DNA from: Sphaerodactylus townsendi
Lineage: Eukaryota
Length of the DNA: 64,000 bases
Assembly (NCBI RefSeq): GCF_021028975.2
Contig: NC_059425.1
Span: 119,660,001-119,724,000, forward strand
Direction: 5' to 3'
In this document: positions 33,501 through 42,869 of the stretch, one piece after another
Position numbering within the stretch: the stretch's first letter is position 1
Layout: each line of letters starts with the position of its first letter
The notes under the pieces: generated by a model
Databases searched by the model: none
What the model was told of the DNA's origin: nothing
What the model saw: the letters and a program-made list of their open reading frames with translations, nothing else
Program-made: the position numbers and the translations under genes

Positions 33501-36449
33501 CAGTCTCAGCCAATTCAGACCTCATCGGCATACATTTAAAATTAGGGTTTTTTTGTTCAAATATGCATCATTTTACGTTCACACTTAATTTGCCATGTGG
33601 TTGCCCATTCACCTAAATTACTTATCTGCTGACAATCTGCCTTGGTCTTTGTCATCCTGAATAATCTGGTATCGTTTTCAAATTTGTCTGCTACACTGCT
33701 TAGCCCTAATTCCAAATCATTTATTAACAAATTAAGTAGCACTAGTCCCAGTACGGATTCTGGTGGGACAGCTTGCCTCCATTGCGAGCACTGTCCATTT
33801 ATTCCTACTTTCTGCTTCCTGCCATTTAACAAGCCTCTAATCCATGGGACAGACAAGTCATTTTACCCCATGATTGTTAAGCTTACTCAGGAATTTTGGT
33901 GAGGCATTTTGTCAAAAGCCTTTTGGAAGTCCAAGTATGTGAAGTCTACCTATTTGGCCTTATCTTCATGCTTGCTCTAAGAAAGGGGTTGGTGAAGCAG
34001 GGCTTTGCTTTGGAGAAGCCATGTTGATATTTCCTCTGTAGACTTTGTTTCTCTATGTGCTTAATAATTCTCTCTTCAATAACCGGTTCTACTGATTTAC
34101 CTGGAAAGGATGTTAGGTTAATTAGCCTGAAAAATGCCTTTTTGAAAAATGCGGTAACATTTGCTATTTTCCAGAGACAGATTTTTATGACAAGTTACAT
34201 ATACTTATTAGTAGCTCGTTCATATTTATGCTTTTTAAGAGCCCTTGGGTTCCTGCCAGCAGTACCATCTGGACCTGCAGACTCACTGGAATTCAGTTTG
34301 CCGGCAGTGATAAAACTTCATTTCTTGTCACATCAATTTGACACAGTTCTTCAGACACCCTTCCCCAAAACAGTGGCTCCAGCATGGGTGTGTGCTCCAC
34401 ATTTTTCAGTGGAAAAACATGCAAATAATTCAATTTCTCTGCTATCTCCCTATCTTTTTAAAGCAATACAGTGGAACCTCAGTTTTCGTTGGTTATCCGT
34501 CCGAAAAGAATCGATGAAAACCAAAACCGATGAAAACTGAGGCAACCTTTTCTATAGGAATCAATGTAAATCCAATTAATCCATTCTAGGCACTCCAAAA
34601 AACATACCAAAAACACATTTTTGGTGAATAAACATAGTGTTTAATGCTGAAAACAGTAACACTAGGACCAGCTTTGGAGCCAGTGGACCAATGTCACACC
34701 AGAAAGCTGTCCAAAGAGGTATGTTTCTGATGTCTCTTTAAGATTTGTCTGAAATGGGGCAAGACATTGTCATCAAACAAGTTGCACACATGGCCTGCAA
34801 CAGCTTTGTCCGGGTGATTTTTCTCCACAAACCCCTGCACCTTATTGCAAATCGATGAAAACCGAGACAAATTTTTCACTGAAAAAATCAATGAAAATCG
34901 AAACCAATGAAAACCAAAGGCAATGAAAACCGAGGTTCCACTGTACTTTTATTCCTAAGTCATCCAAAGGCCCAACTGCCTCCATAGCTGGATTTCTGCT
35001 TCAGCCAGTGGAATTTTCTTCTAACAAATTATAGTTAGGCCTATGCCAACCTGCACAATCTGTGACTCAGTGAGCCAAATATACCCCACCACCTAATATC
35101 ACTCTGTGATAACAAGGTTTATAGCTGTAAGCAGTCTAACAGAAGAAAAACTGCCAGAAATACTCATATACCATCAGTGCCCTGAAAAATGCTGGATATC
35201 TGATGGTCAATAAAAATAAGGCAAAATAAAATTTCACAGTTTTGGTGCCACTTCTGACAAGATTCTGTTCCACATAACCATTGATGCCCCTGTAGCCAGC
35301 CTGAGTATCAAGGAACCAAGCCAGATTTAACAGCACCCTTAGGATGTGAATCTAAATCTTAATAGGGTAGAAGCAACCCTACCCAACCCAGGTTGTTTTC
35401 CAGTTCCAGAATTAAATGGATTCTTCACCATCAGCACTGACGACATTGGAATTAGAGATCCAAATAAATGAATGAGGAGCATCTTACATGTATTCATTCA
35501 CTAAAGTTTCTCTGAAACCTAAGTTGAGGTCCAGATAAAAAGGATGATAATGAGAATAAATCAAGAATTTTAGTCAGTCCTAACATTTGTTCATTAGAAA
35601 AAGAATTCTAAAATGAGTAGATATTTGCATCTGTGCAACTTTTGAAATGGTTTTTTTTAGGTAATTTAGGTAAAAGCAGCAGTGGCGTAGGAGGTTAAGA
35701 GCTCGTGTATCTAATCTGGAGGAACCGGGTTTGATTTCCAGCTCTGCCACCTGAGATATGGAGGCTTATCTGGGGAATTCAGATTAGCCTGTACACTCCC
35801 ACACACGCCAGCTGGGTGACCTTGGGCTAGTCACAGCTTCTCGCAGCTCTCTCAGCCCCACCTACCTCACAGGGTGTTTGTTGTGATGGTGGAAGGGCAA
35901 AGAGATTGTAAGCCCCTTTGAGTCTCCTGCAGGAGAGAAAGGGGGGATATAAATCCAAACTCCTCCTCCTCCTCCTCTTCTTCTTCTTCATTTTGCCTTA
36001 AAATAAATGACTAATCCTCCTCAGTTGACATCTGGAAACGTTCTTTTTGTAAATCTGCCACCGTTCATTACTTCTAGATATTAAAGAGGAAGATAAATCC
36101 AAGGACAACAGTGGTGAAAAGGCAGACACCAAAGGGTAAGTAACCTGTGGGCTATTCTGTAATGACTACATAACATTTGTTAATTTTCCAGTTCTAATGA
36201 TGCGCCTGTTTTCCCTTATGGTTTCCAACAAATCATTGTTAGTAGCCTTGAAAATGTTTTGTAAAACCTTGCCAACAAATCAGCGTAAAATCTTGCCAAC
36301 AAATCAGTGTTAGTAGCTTCGAAAATGCTTTGTAAAATATTGTCATTTTAATTATCAGAAAACATGAAATAAAAACACGACCTCTGCTAATGATAGGTTT
36401 TTTCTTCCCTCTCCACAGAGCAAAGTCAGAACAGCTCAGCAATCCTTGA
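3448..36449 (+). CDS. HDAC2: Histone deacetylase 2, spliced CDS exons 2-14 (5'-partial; exon 1 outside window)
   Basis: 13 exons (113,118,75,139,142,93,109,141,109,131,156,58,31 nt) with AG/GT boundaries join in one frame from (G)[19 protein letters not shown] to KSEQLSNP*. Class I HDAC motifs [25 protein letters not shown] and GGGGY are intact. The C-terminal tail [30 protein letters not shown]...SEQLSNP is HDAC2-type rather than HDAC1-type. Confidence 0.98.
4676..4826. mobile_element. Small MITE-like element
   Basis: Inverted ends gatccagcccaacattt / aaacgtttggctggatc. Confidence 0.5.
5233..6330 (-). mobile_element. CR1 LINE, 5'-truncated (RT C-half and 3' UTR)
   Basis: ORFs [23 protein letters not shown]...[25 protein letters not shown] and [22 protein letters not shown]. 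Confidence 0.93.
6704..6821 (+). CDS. HDAC2: HDAC2 exon 3
   Basis: cattag|CGG CCC CAT...CAA AGA T|gtaagt; [39 protein letters not shown]. Confidence 0.97.
7111..7400 (-). mobile_element. Young tRNA-derived SINE (Squam3-like)
   Basis: (GAA)n tail on the + strand; A-box TGGCGTAGGAGG on the minus strand; highly similar to copies at 16293 and 35675. Confidence 0.9.
7411..7703 (-). mobile_element. Second Squam3-like SINE (different subfamily), in tandem with the previous copy
   Basis: Same (GAA)n-gagtttggattta tail and tRNA head, different middle segment. Confidence 0.85.
8184..10530 (+). mobile_element. Internally deleted DIRS1-type retrotransposon (gag/LAP2alpha-like and RT start, inverted termini)
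   Basis: ~51-bp inverted repeats at 8184-8234 and 10458-10508; gag-like [12 protein letters not shown]...WIKNWKVD...[13 protein letters not shown]; RT N-terminal-like [14 protein letters not shown] near 10280. Confidence 0.7.
10798..10872 (+). CDS. HDAC2: HDAC2 exon 4
   Basis: tatag|TT AAT GTT...TCT GTG G|gtatgt; [24 protein letters not shown]. Confidence 0.97.
12212..12350 (+). CDS. HDAC2: HDAC2 exon 5 (catalytic His-His)
   Basis: ttcag|CT GGA GCA...CTG AA|gtaagt; [45 protein letters not shown]. Confidence 0.97.
13016..13157 (+). CDS. HDAC2: HDAC2 exon 6 (Zn-binding DxH)
   Basis: ctcag|A TAC CAC...TTA AGG|gtgagt; [47 protein letters not shown]. Confidence 0.97.
15783..16910 (-). mobile_element. 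CR1 LINE 3' fragment interrupted by a SINE
   Basis: [11 protein letters not shown]...[19 protein letters not shown] and [20 protein letters not shown]; cataagaa tail at 15783. Confidence 0.92.
16293..16594 (-). mobile_element. Young Squam3-like SINE nested in CR1
   Basis: Full-length copy splits the CR1 sequence ctcataagga|aggtgctccag. Confidence 0.9.
18060..18195 (+). mobile_element. Degenerate Penelope-like terminal repeat fragment
   Basis: gtatctgaag...cccacaaaagtca...actacaaggctctttgttg...ctaacatg resembles the 47174 element. Confidence 0.35.
18893..18985 (+). CDS. HDAC2: HDAC2 exon 7
   Basis: ttcag|GAC ATA GGT...AAA CCT|gtgagt; [31 protein letters not shown]. Confidence 0.97.
19069..19177 (+). 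CDS. HDAC2: HDAC2 exon 8
   Basis: Follows an 83-nt intron; tacag|ATT ATA...GTT AAA G|gtatga; [36 protein letters not shown]. Confidence 0.97.
19949..20148 (-). mobile_element. 5S rRNA-derived SINE (5S-Sauria-like) with RTE/BovB-like tail
   Basis: Minus strand gcctgatctcatcaaatctcagaagctaaacagggtccgtacttggatgagagaccacc matches the 5S rRNA internal region; tail ggggtcactaaaagtcagctgtgactggatggcac; flanking direct repeat tacttaaaa (19939 and 20149). Confidence 0.8.
21037..21177 (+). CDS. HDAC2: HDAC2 exon 9 (GGGGY catalytic Tyr)
   Basis: ggcag|GC CAT GCT...CCT AAT G|gtaagt; [46 protein letters not shown]. Confidence 0.97.
21906..22078 (-). repeat. 3' LTR (173 bp)
   Basis: Direct repeat of 26361-26535; AATAAA on the minus strand. 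Confidence 0.93.
26361..26535 (-). repeat. 5' LTR (175 bp)
   Basis: Direct repeat of 21906-22078; 136 contiguous bp identical. Confidence 0.93.
27149..27230 (-). mobile_element. CR1 3' terminal fragment (same family as 15783)
   Basis: cataagaacataagaacaagccagctggatcagacc...gctactcgcagt, nearly identical to 15783-15846. Confidence 0.85.
27290..28917 (+). mobile_element. L1-clade LINE ORF2 remnant with 3' end
   Basis: A-rich strand; degenerate [23 protein letters not shown] and [10 protein letters not shown]...[18 protein letters not shown]; ends aataaa...aaaaaa. Confidence 0.8.
28950..29172 (+). mobile_element. Older Squam3-like SINE
   Basis: gtggttaagagtggtggactctaatctggagaactggatttggttcccc...gggatataaatccaagctcttc. 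Confidence 0.8.
29576..29684 (+). CDS. HDAC2: HDAC2 exon 10
   Basis: aatag|AA TTG CCA...ATT AA|gtaagt; [35 protein letters not shown]. Confidence 0.97.
30128..30275. mobile_element. Palindromic hAT MITE (148 bp)
   Basis: TIR caggggtagggaacct; near-perfect inverted halves; perfect 8-bp TSD CACTAGAC (30120-30127 and 30276-30283). Confidence 0.93.
30393..30523 (+). CDS. HDAC2: HDAC2 exon 11
   Basis: tacag|G CAG CGT...TCT A|gtaagg; [43 protein letters not shown]. Confidence 0.97.
32286..32441 (+). CDS. HDAC2: HDAC2 exon 12
   Basis: tgtag|TT CGA GCA...GCA G|gtaaat; [51 protein letters not shown]. Confidence 0.97.
32498..35000 (-). mobile_element. Older CR1 LINE fragment interrupted by Tigger and a ~200-bp insert
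   Basis: cataagaacataaga tail; [10 protein letters not shown]; [32 protein letters not shown]. Confidence 0.85.
34469..34943 (-). mobile_element. Tigger/pogo (Tc1-mariner) deletion derivative
   Basis: TIR cagtggaacctc/gaggttccactg flanked by TA; TIGD1-like C-terminus [12 protein letters not shown]...[26 protein letters not shown]. Confidence 0.88.
35675..35990 (+). mobile_element. Young Squam3-like SINE (sense orientation)
   Basis: A-box TGGCGTAGGAGG, B-box GGTTTGATTTCC, (CCT)n(CTT)n tail; ends ~90 nt before exon 13. Confidence 0.9.
36078..36135 (+). CDS. HDAC2: HDAC2 exon 13
   Basis: tctag|AT ATT AAA GAG GAA...AAA GG|gtaagt; [18 protein letters not shown], including a psi-K-x-E SUMO consensus. 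Confidence 0.95.
36225..36337. repeat. Local tandem duplication in intron 13
   Basis: ccaacaaatca x3 and gttagtagc..gaaaatg.tttgtaaaa x2. Confidence 0.7.
36419..36449 (+). CDS. HDAC2: HDAC2 exon 14, coding part with stop
   Basis: cacag|A GCA AAG TCA GAA CAG CTC AGC AAT CCT TGA; AKSEQLSNP*. Confidence 0.95.
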
Positions 36450-36800
36450 ATGTAAAGCCTCACATCAGTTAAAGGACACAATACTAAAGTGAAAAAATGA
36501 CTGAAAGAAACTTTTCATATGGGAAGACACTGTTGATTTTGTTTTTTTACTATTTGGCATGGAGCATATTTATTTTCAGACAACTGTGTTTGTTTTTTTA
36601 GCAAGTTGTATTGTGAGTTTTCCAATTATGATGCAAAATTTGTTCCTTCTACCAGGCTTCAAGTAATAGTATTTAAAATGGATGTGAGTTATTACATTAA
36701 GCATCTAATCTGATCTATTAAAATTTCCTGAGCTGATTTTACTCTTTTTTGTAACTATATCTTTATTAAAAAAAATTGTACTTGGTTGTCTTGTCTGTCA
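36450..36800 (+). terminator. HDAC2 3' UTR with probable polyadenylation signal ATTAAA (36765-36770) and GU-rich downstream element
   Basis: AU-rich, repeat-free sequence after the stop; ATTAAA followed by cttggttgtcttgtctgtc. Cleavage site is inferred. Confidence 0.6.
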
Positions 36801-37177
36801 TTGCAGAGTTTACACACATGGATAAATTTCATAATTCTTGGGAAGCTGTGCTATCAAATAATTCTGAGAATTCTAGAGTACTAAATTAATTGAGAAATGA
36901 TTCTGGGTTGAAAAGATATTTGAAATGTATTTAACCAACTCTGCTGTTAACATTAGTTTTTTTCTTACCCACCTCAAACTGGACACGCCTATATATTTAA
37001 ATTTGTTATATTTGGCAAATTGTTTTGGAACCTTGTTGAAAAGTGAGCCGTATATCTTTTTATTAAATAAATGAGTCTAGGATTGCAGCATTTCTGTAGG
37101 GCAAAATAAAAATGCAGAAATATTTCAGCACACTATGTCTCAGTTTTAGAAATAAAGACCAAATATTTGAATCCAAA

Positions 37178-37203
37178 ATAATAATAATAATAATAATAAT
37201 AAA
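37178..37203. repeat. (AAT)n microsatellite
   Basis: ~8 AAT units. Confidence 0.9.
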
Positions 37204-39654
37204 CAGTGTAAAAGTCAGACAGAGTTGAAGAAGAATGTTTCCTTAGGTCTCCTGTGTTGACTTTGAAGCCCTAAATTAGCCCTAAATTATTTCAAAGTAA
37301 AGTACAAAGTGCTATAAAAGCAAAAAAGGAGGAAGCAATAAAAGCAACAGAAAAACAGCAGCAGCATAAGAACCATTCAACACAAAATAGCAAAAGTATA
37401 TGAAGTGTAACACAAACCCAACAAAAGATGACATGATATAAAACATCACAAAAAAACTCTTGAATTTTAAAAATTACATTTCCCAGGGCTTCTATTATTG
37501 TAATTGTCTAGTGTTTCCCAATCTGTGGGTCAACACCCAAAAGTGGATTGCTGAACCTCTGAAAGTGGTTTTCAGGCCAGTGTTCCCTAACAACTACTCC
37601 TACCCTTTGCATCCTCTTTTTTCCTCTTCTCCATTTTTCCCCTTGTCTATTTTTTCTCCTTCTCTTTGTTGTTTTCCCCTTCTTTTTTCCCCCTTCTCTA
37701 TTTTTTCTCCTTCTCCCTTTTTGTTGACAATAATAAGAGTACAGCACTAGTAACTTAATAGAAATAGCAAAGGTGGGGAGGGGGGGTTGTCATGCAAGCC
37801 AATGGCAAGACAGGGGGGCCAATTTCTGAGATGTGCCCTACCAGTCGCTTCGATAGTAGTGTCATAGACAGTGCAGACTAAGATGGATGCCAGATCTTCA
37901 TTCTGAACTTTTACTAATGGAGGAGGGGGCTCTGCTTGTCACATTCCTCAACCGCCTTTCTTGAAGCCTCTGCCATTTCAGTCTGGACAACAAAAGCCAC
38001 AGTCTTGGGAAGCCATACATGACATCATCCTAACAAAGGATATGCAAAAGCACAGCAACTGCAACAAAATCAGTTTCCCAAATTCCTCTCTAGCTGATCT
38101 AATCATAACTTTTCCTGTCCTACTAGAGAACTGTCACACCTTACCCTGAATTGGAATGCCCTGAGTTGCAAATTCATCAACTCTGCCTAAAACTTAATCA
38201 AGAACTAGCCTCTCCTTAGCTCTGACTCATTCCAGCCATTTTCCACAGCATTATTCTCTCCTGAAAAAGAAACCTTGCCTTGTCCAGAAAGATTGCCCCT
38301 CTTAACATCTCCAGAGGGTCAAAATTTCCTATATATAGTCCTCCCAAACAAGGGTCCTTTGCCCTTTGGGCCCTGAGCTGCCTTTGGTTTAATTCCCCTG
38401 TGCCCAATGTCATCACACTCTCTGTATCCGGTGCAGGTATTGAACTCTGCTTCCTTGGACCTTCTTCTAGAACTGGTTTATTTGGGGGGCAACTGATGTT
38501 TGTTGATTTCTCAAAAACATCAAGTTGGGCACTATAGAACATGGAATTCTGGAATAGATGAGTGCCAAATTTTGTCTGGGGCACCAAAAACTTTGGACCA
38601 GTCCTGGGGTGGGTAACCATACAAAGTAAATCTAGACTTGCAGATTACCACACCAAAATGGTTGGGAACTACTGGTCTAGGCACAGATGGAGGGAAAGGG
38701 AGAAAGGAAAAAGCAAGGGTTTGAAATGTTGCAAGTTAGGTTATTTGACGTATTTATATCCTGTCTTCTTGTTTCAAGGTTATGTGATTAATAACCCTTA
38801 CAAAAATGTAGTTTTAGAAATCCCATGAATGTTTCTTCCTAGCTACACAAACTTGAAGTGCCTTCTCTATTGAACCTCAGGTGTATTTGCAAAGTTTGCA
38901 TGATTAAAAATATACATTAACATACCATTTCACATAAGGTGTTTAACAATGGATCTGTGTTAAACCATGAGCAGAGACACCACCGCAAACACACTAAATA
39001 AGGTCTTTACTAAGTGCCCCTCTAATCTAATCTGCTGCAATAATTAATTTTCTGTTTACTGGAAGCTATTTGTATTGGTCTGCTTAGTCTCACTGGCATA
39101 TGCATAGGCACAGATGACACAGACAATATACAGTGGGCACTGGCCACTTACCATCTGCAGTAAATAATGTATTAAAATAACATTGAGTGTACAGTTTTAG
39201 AGGATGCCGAGAACAAGATGTCAGAACTGATGGTAGGCAGAAATAAATGCAATTTCTCAGTTTTCCTAAGAACCCAGTACCAGATTTTTTTCCCCCAGCT
39301 GCACTTTCAGGAAAAGTACACAAGAGAGCAGTGGACAAGTGTCATTCAATTTCAGATTGCCTTCTCTGTGGATTAATCATTTGTTGATCTTGTCATTACT
39401 TTAACATCTGTTTTTATAGGTGACTTTGAAATATTACCAAAGAACATGACATTGTAAATGGATTAATGACATTCATTTACCAAAAAATTAAACATTATAT
39501 GAATACAGTTTCATGCTACATAAAAACTATTCCTTATTTCATGATAAATAACCTTTGAACTATGATGCATTTTAAATGGAAAACTATTTAAACAATAGAT
39601 TTTTTCATCAAAAAGCATTCAAATCCAATTTGAATGCCCTCCCCCCTCCCCCCA

Positions 39655-40521
39655 AAGCCTGAACCAAACTGCACCAAACCTGGGGGGTATCATCAGGGCA
39701 GTCTCCTGATGAGACCCTGAAAGTTTTGAGACTGTGCCTTCAAAAATGTGCTCCCCCTTCAGCCTGCAACCCCCATTGACAGCAATACAAAAAACTCAAT
39801 GCAGAACAAAGATTCTTGGGCTAATTTCTGGGATGTTCCTGCAGGGGGCACATTTTTGGATGTGCCCCATTCTTTGCTAAGGAGATGGGGCTACCCTTTT
39901 GAGGGTCCATAACTTTGGACCCCCTGAACCAAACTGCACCAAACTTGGGGGGTCCAGATGATATTCTGAAATTTTGGTGCCAATACATCCAAAAATGCAC
40001 CCTTGCAGGAACATTCCAGAAATTTGGCCAAGAAGCTTTGGTCTGCATTGAGTTTTCTGCATTGCTGTCAATGGGGGTTGCAGACTGGGGGGGGCACATT
40101 TCTGGAGGCACAGTCTCAAAACTTTCAGAATCTCATAAGGAGACTGCCCTAATGATACCTCCCAGGTTTGGAACAGTTTGGTTCAGGGGGCCCAAAGTTA
40201 TGGACCCTCAAAACTGTAGCTCCATCTCCTATTAGCTCCCATTGGAAACAATGGGGGATGGGGCACCCCCTTTGGGAGCCCATAACTTTGGACTCCCTGA
40301 ACCAAACCTCAGCAAACATGGGGGGGTTGGGGGTAGCATAAGGACAGTCTCCTGATGATACGCTGAAATTTTGGTGCCGCTAGCCTAAAAACTGCTCCCC
40401 CTGCAGGCCAAAAATGGAAAACCACTAAAAATACCCAAAAACGAACCCTGCATTTTGATGCCCCCCACAAGGTGGTGCCCTGGGCAGCTGCCCACCTTGC
40501 CCAATGGGCATTACGCCCCTG
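39655..40521. mobile_element. Internally repetitive non-autonomous DNA element (hAT-like right end), related to 57240-57970
   Basis: Repeated ccataactttggaccccctgaaccaaactgcaccaaac units; ends ...cattacgcccctg; left end not found. Confidence 0.65.
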
Positions 40522-40670
40522 GGAATAAGAGTAAGAGATTGAAGCAAGACTTCAAATGGATGGTCCAGCATAATGAGGTGTCAGGGAACAGTCCAAAGAC
40601 CTGCCCGTTTTACGAAGTGCTGGAGAGTCTCTTGGGGAGTGACATTAACATCAGCCCCCCCCCCCAATAA
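40522..40670 (+). pseudogene. Myb/SANT-like (trihelix) domain fragment, probably from a PIF/Harbinger transposon
   Basis: NKSKRLKQDFKWMVQHNEVSGNSPKTCPFYEVLESLLG matches the K-K-LK..Y/F...N..SG....CPFY..L..ILG pattern. Confidence 0.65.
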
Positions 40671-41689
40671 TGAGAAACATGAACTGTACTGTAGTCAACA
40701 GGACAATCCCTGCAGCCTCACAGACAGATTCTTGCCCACACCTTGAAACAATCAACGAGGAGGACATCCAGGCTTCCAGCCCACTTGCAAAGGTCTCAGG
40801 TAAGCATTTCTCTTCTGTTGGAGGCTACTGATTCCCTGCTCTGAGCTGGGGGGGGGGGGTAAAGGCTGAATCGCCAGCCTGTGCATGGGAGAGGATAATG
40901 TTGCACTTTTTCCCCTCATGCAGGACCTTTACCATTCCTTGACAATGAGGACACTCAGATGGATGAGTGCAGGGTGAATGGTTTCACACCTAAAGGAGAC
41001 CCTTTTCAGATAGGTGAAGCTTTCATAACAGAGCGCAGAGGGAAGTATGAGAATCCAAGGCCATGAGTGGAAGAGGCTGGGGGCTGATAGTGAGGTTCTG
41101 AGTGCTCAATGTGGATGAACATAACTGGGTTTGTAAGCATAGCATTTCGTATTGCCCTTAGATTCTCATAGCAGAAACCTGACAGTTAATATGTGGTTGA
41201 TCATTCTAAGTCAACGAAGTGTTGTGTGTTGGTTTGATGTTTGTCTCTTGCACCCAGGTTACAATCCCTCTCTGAAAGGGAGCCTTATCGTGTGACCTAG
41301 GGACAGTCTGTCACATCCAGCTAATTTTCCAGTGGCTGGTTTAACATGACTGGCCACAACAATGTTACACACCTCTCTGGTTGCCCATTTGGGAGAAAGG
41401 TGGATGTTGACAACTGAACAACTGCACAGAGGCTCTTAGGAAAGGGCACATGCTGCACATTTACAGAGAAGACTTGTGGCAGTGCGTGAGCTCTGACTGT
41501 GTTGAAAATTTTCTTTCTTTCACAGGTCAACCATTTGAACAGACTCAAGAATCCAATTAGTGACAGCAGGATCATCTGCAGAACAATTCCTCATGTGGTG
41601 AAGGCACAGGTGAGCTCCCCTCACATTCCCATCCCTTGAAAATTCAAAAGAACGAGGCCACACCAGACTCCACCTAAGCGGCGTAGGAT

Positions 41690-41860
41690 TACCTGGTGAA
41701 CCAGATGTGCTTCCCCAGTTCTACATTCCTGCTGGGTGACCTTGTCAGAAATCTCTCAGTCACACATACCTCACTAGGTAGGAAATGAAGGGGATTGTGA
41801 TTTTAAGTCACTGAGAAACGCCGTGAGGTATAGATATGTAAAAACAAAAAACAAAAAAGG
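41690..41860 (+). mobile_element. Diverged Squam3-like SINE fragment
   Basis: ctggtgaaccagatgtgcttcccc..ctacattcct.ctgggtgacctt is the reverse complement of part of the 7411 copy. Confidence 0.6.
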
Positions 41861-41888
41861 AACGCCCATTCACATTCCCACCATAAAG

Positions 41889-42372
41889 CAGTGATGGTGA
41901 ACCTTTTTGAGACCGAGTGCCCAAATTGCAACCCAAACCCCACTTATTTATCGCAAAGTGCCACCCCGGCAATTTAACCTGAATGCTGAGGTTTTCGTTT
42001 AGAAAAAACCGGTTGGCTCCCTCTTCCTCCACCCCACCCACTCAAGCAGGGGCCAGCCTGCTGTAGCCTCCAGCAAGTCCTGTGCACACAGCTCTGTGCC
42101 TCTCTAGCATCTCTGCCTCCTCTGCACCCCTCCCCCTCGGGCAGCAGTCATCTGGAGCACAGGCACCAGGCCTGCCAGCCAAGTCCTCCCTGCTCACTGC
42201 AGTGTGTACACATCGTGCTCAGTGGCCTAGGTCAGCCTAGATGTGTGTGTGTGTGTGTGTGTGTGTAGGGGTGATTTTCTGCCCCCCACATGACAAACTC
42301 TGTGTGTGCGTGCCCACAGAGAGGGCTCCAAGTACCACCTCTGGCACCCGTGCCATAGGTTCACCATCACTG
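41889..42372. mobile_element. Non-autonomous hAT element
   Basis: TIR cagtgatggtgaacct / aggttcaccatcactg; 8-bp TSD ccataaag/ccctaaag; internal (TG)n. Confidence 0.9.
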
Positions 42373-42869
42373 CCCTAAAGCAACAGCCAATCGGGAACAA
42401 GAAGCAGAGGAGGCATCAAGATGATCCCGGGTTCTGATCCCAATTTCAACTCCAGACCTCCGCTGCGGTGGGGAGTGACAGACTGGGATCAAAAGGTGCT
42501 AGTGTTTTATAGTCCCTGTCCAATCCCAGGATGATTTTCCCTGTGGGGAATCAACCAGTGTATAACCCACACAGCCCAGAAAACCCACAACAACCAATTC
42601 AATAATACATCAGTGACATTTAGAAATCATTCAAAAAGTAACTTGGAAATAATAAACAAATGAATCCAAAAGCAGGAAATGCTGCACCTGTGGACTGGCT
42701 GCTGGCAATGTTCCTATGTGTCTCAATTACTCACCTATTTTCCCAGGTGCAGTTTACACAAGCAAACATTAAGCAGCCTTCAAGAAAACATGTGCCATTA
42801 ATGTGTCACAGCTGCTGTGCTGCTATTTTAATTGCTTAGTTAAACTACACAAAGTTGAAATATATGAAT

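Noticed and set aside
35675-35750. tRNA gene
   Set aside because: The A/B boxes belong to the SINE head; no complete cloverleaf is evident.
38216-38620. 134-aa minus-strand ORF as a novel gene
   Set aside because: No recognisable domain or splice context; it may be a degraded repeat and cannot be supported.
39655-40521. CRISPR-like or coding repeat (also 57240-57970)
   Set aside because: Units are degenerate, in mixed orientation and bounded by transposon-like ends; the ORFs are inconsistent between copies.
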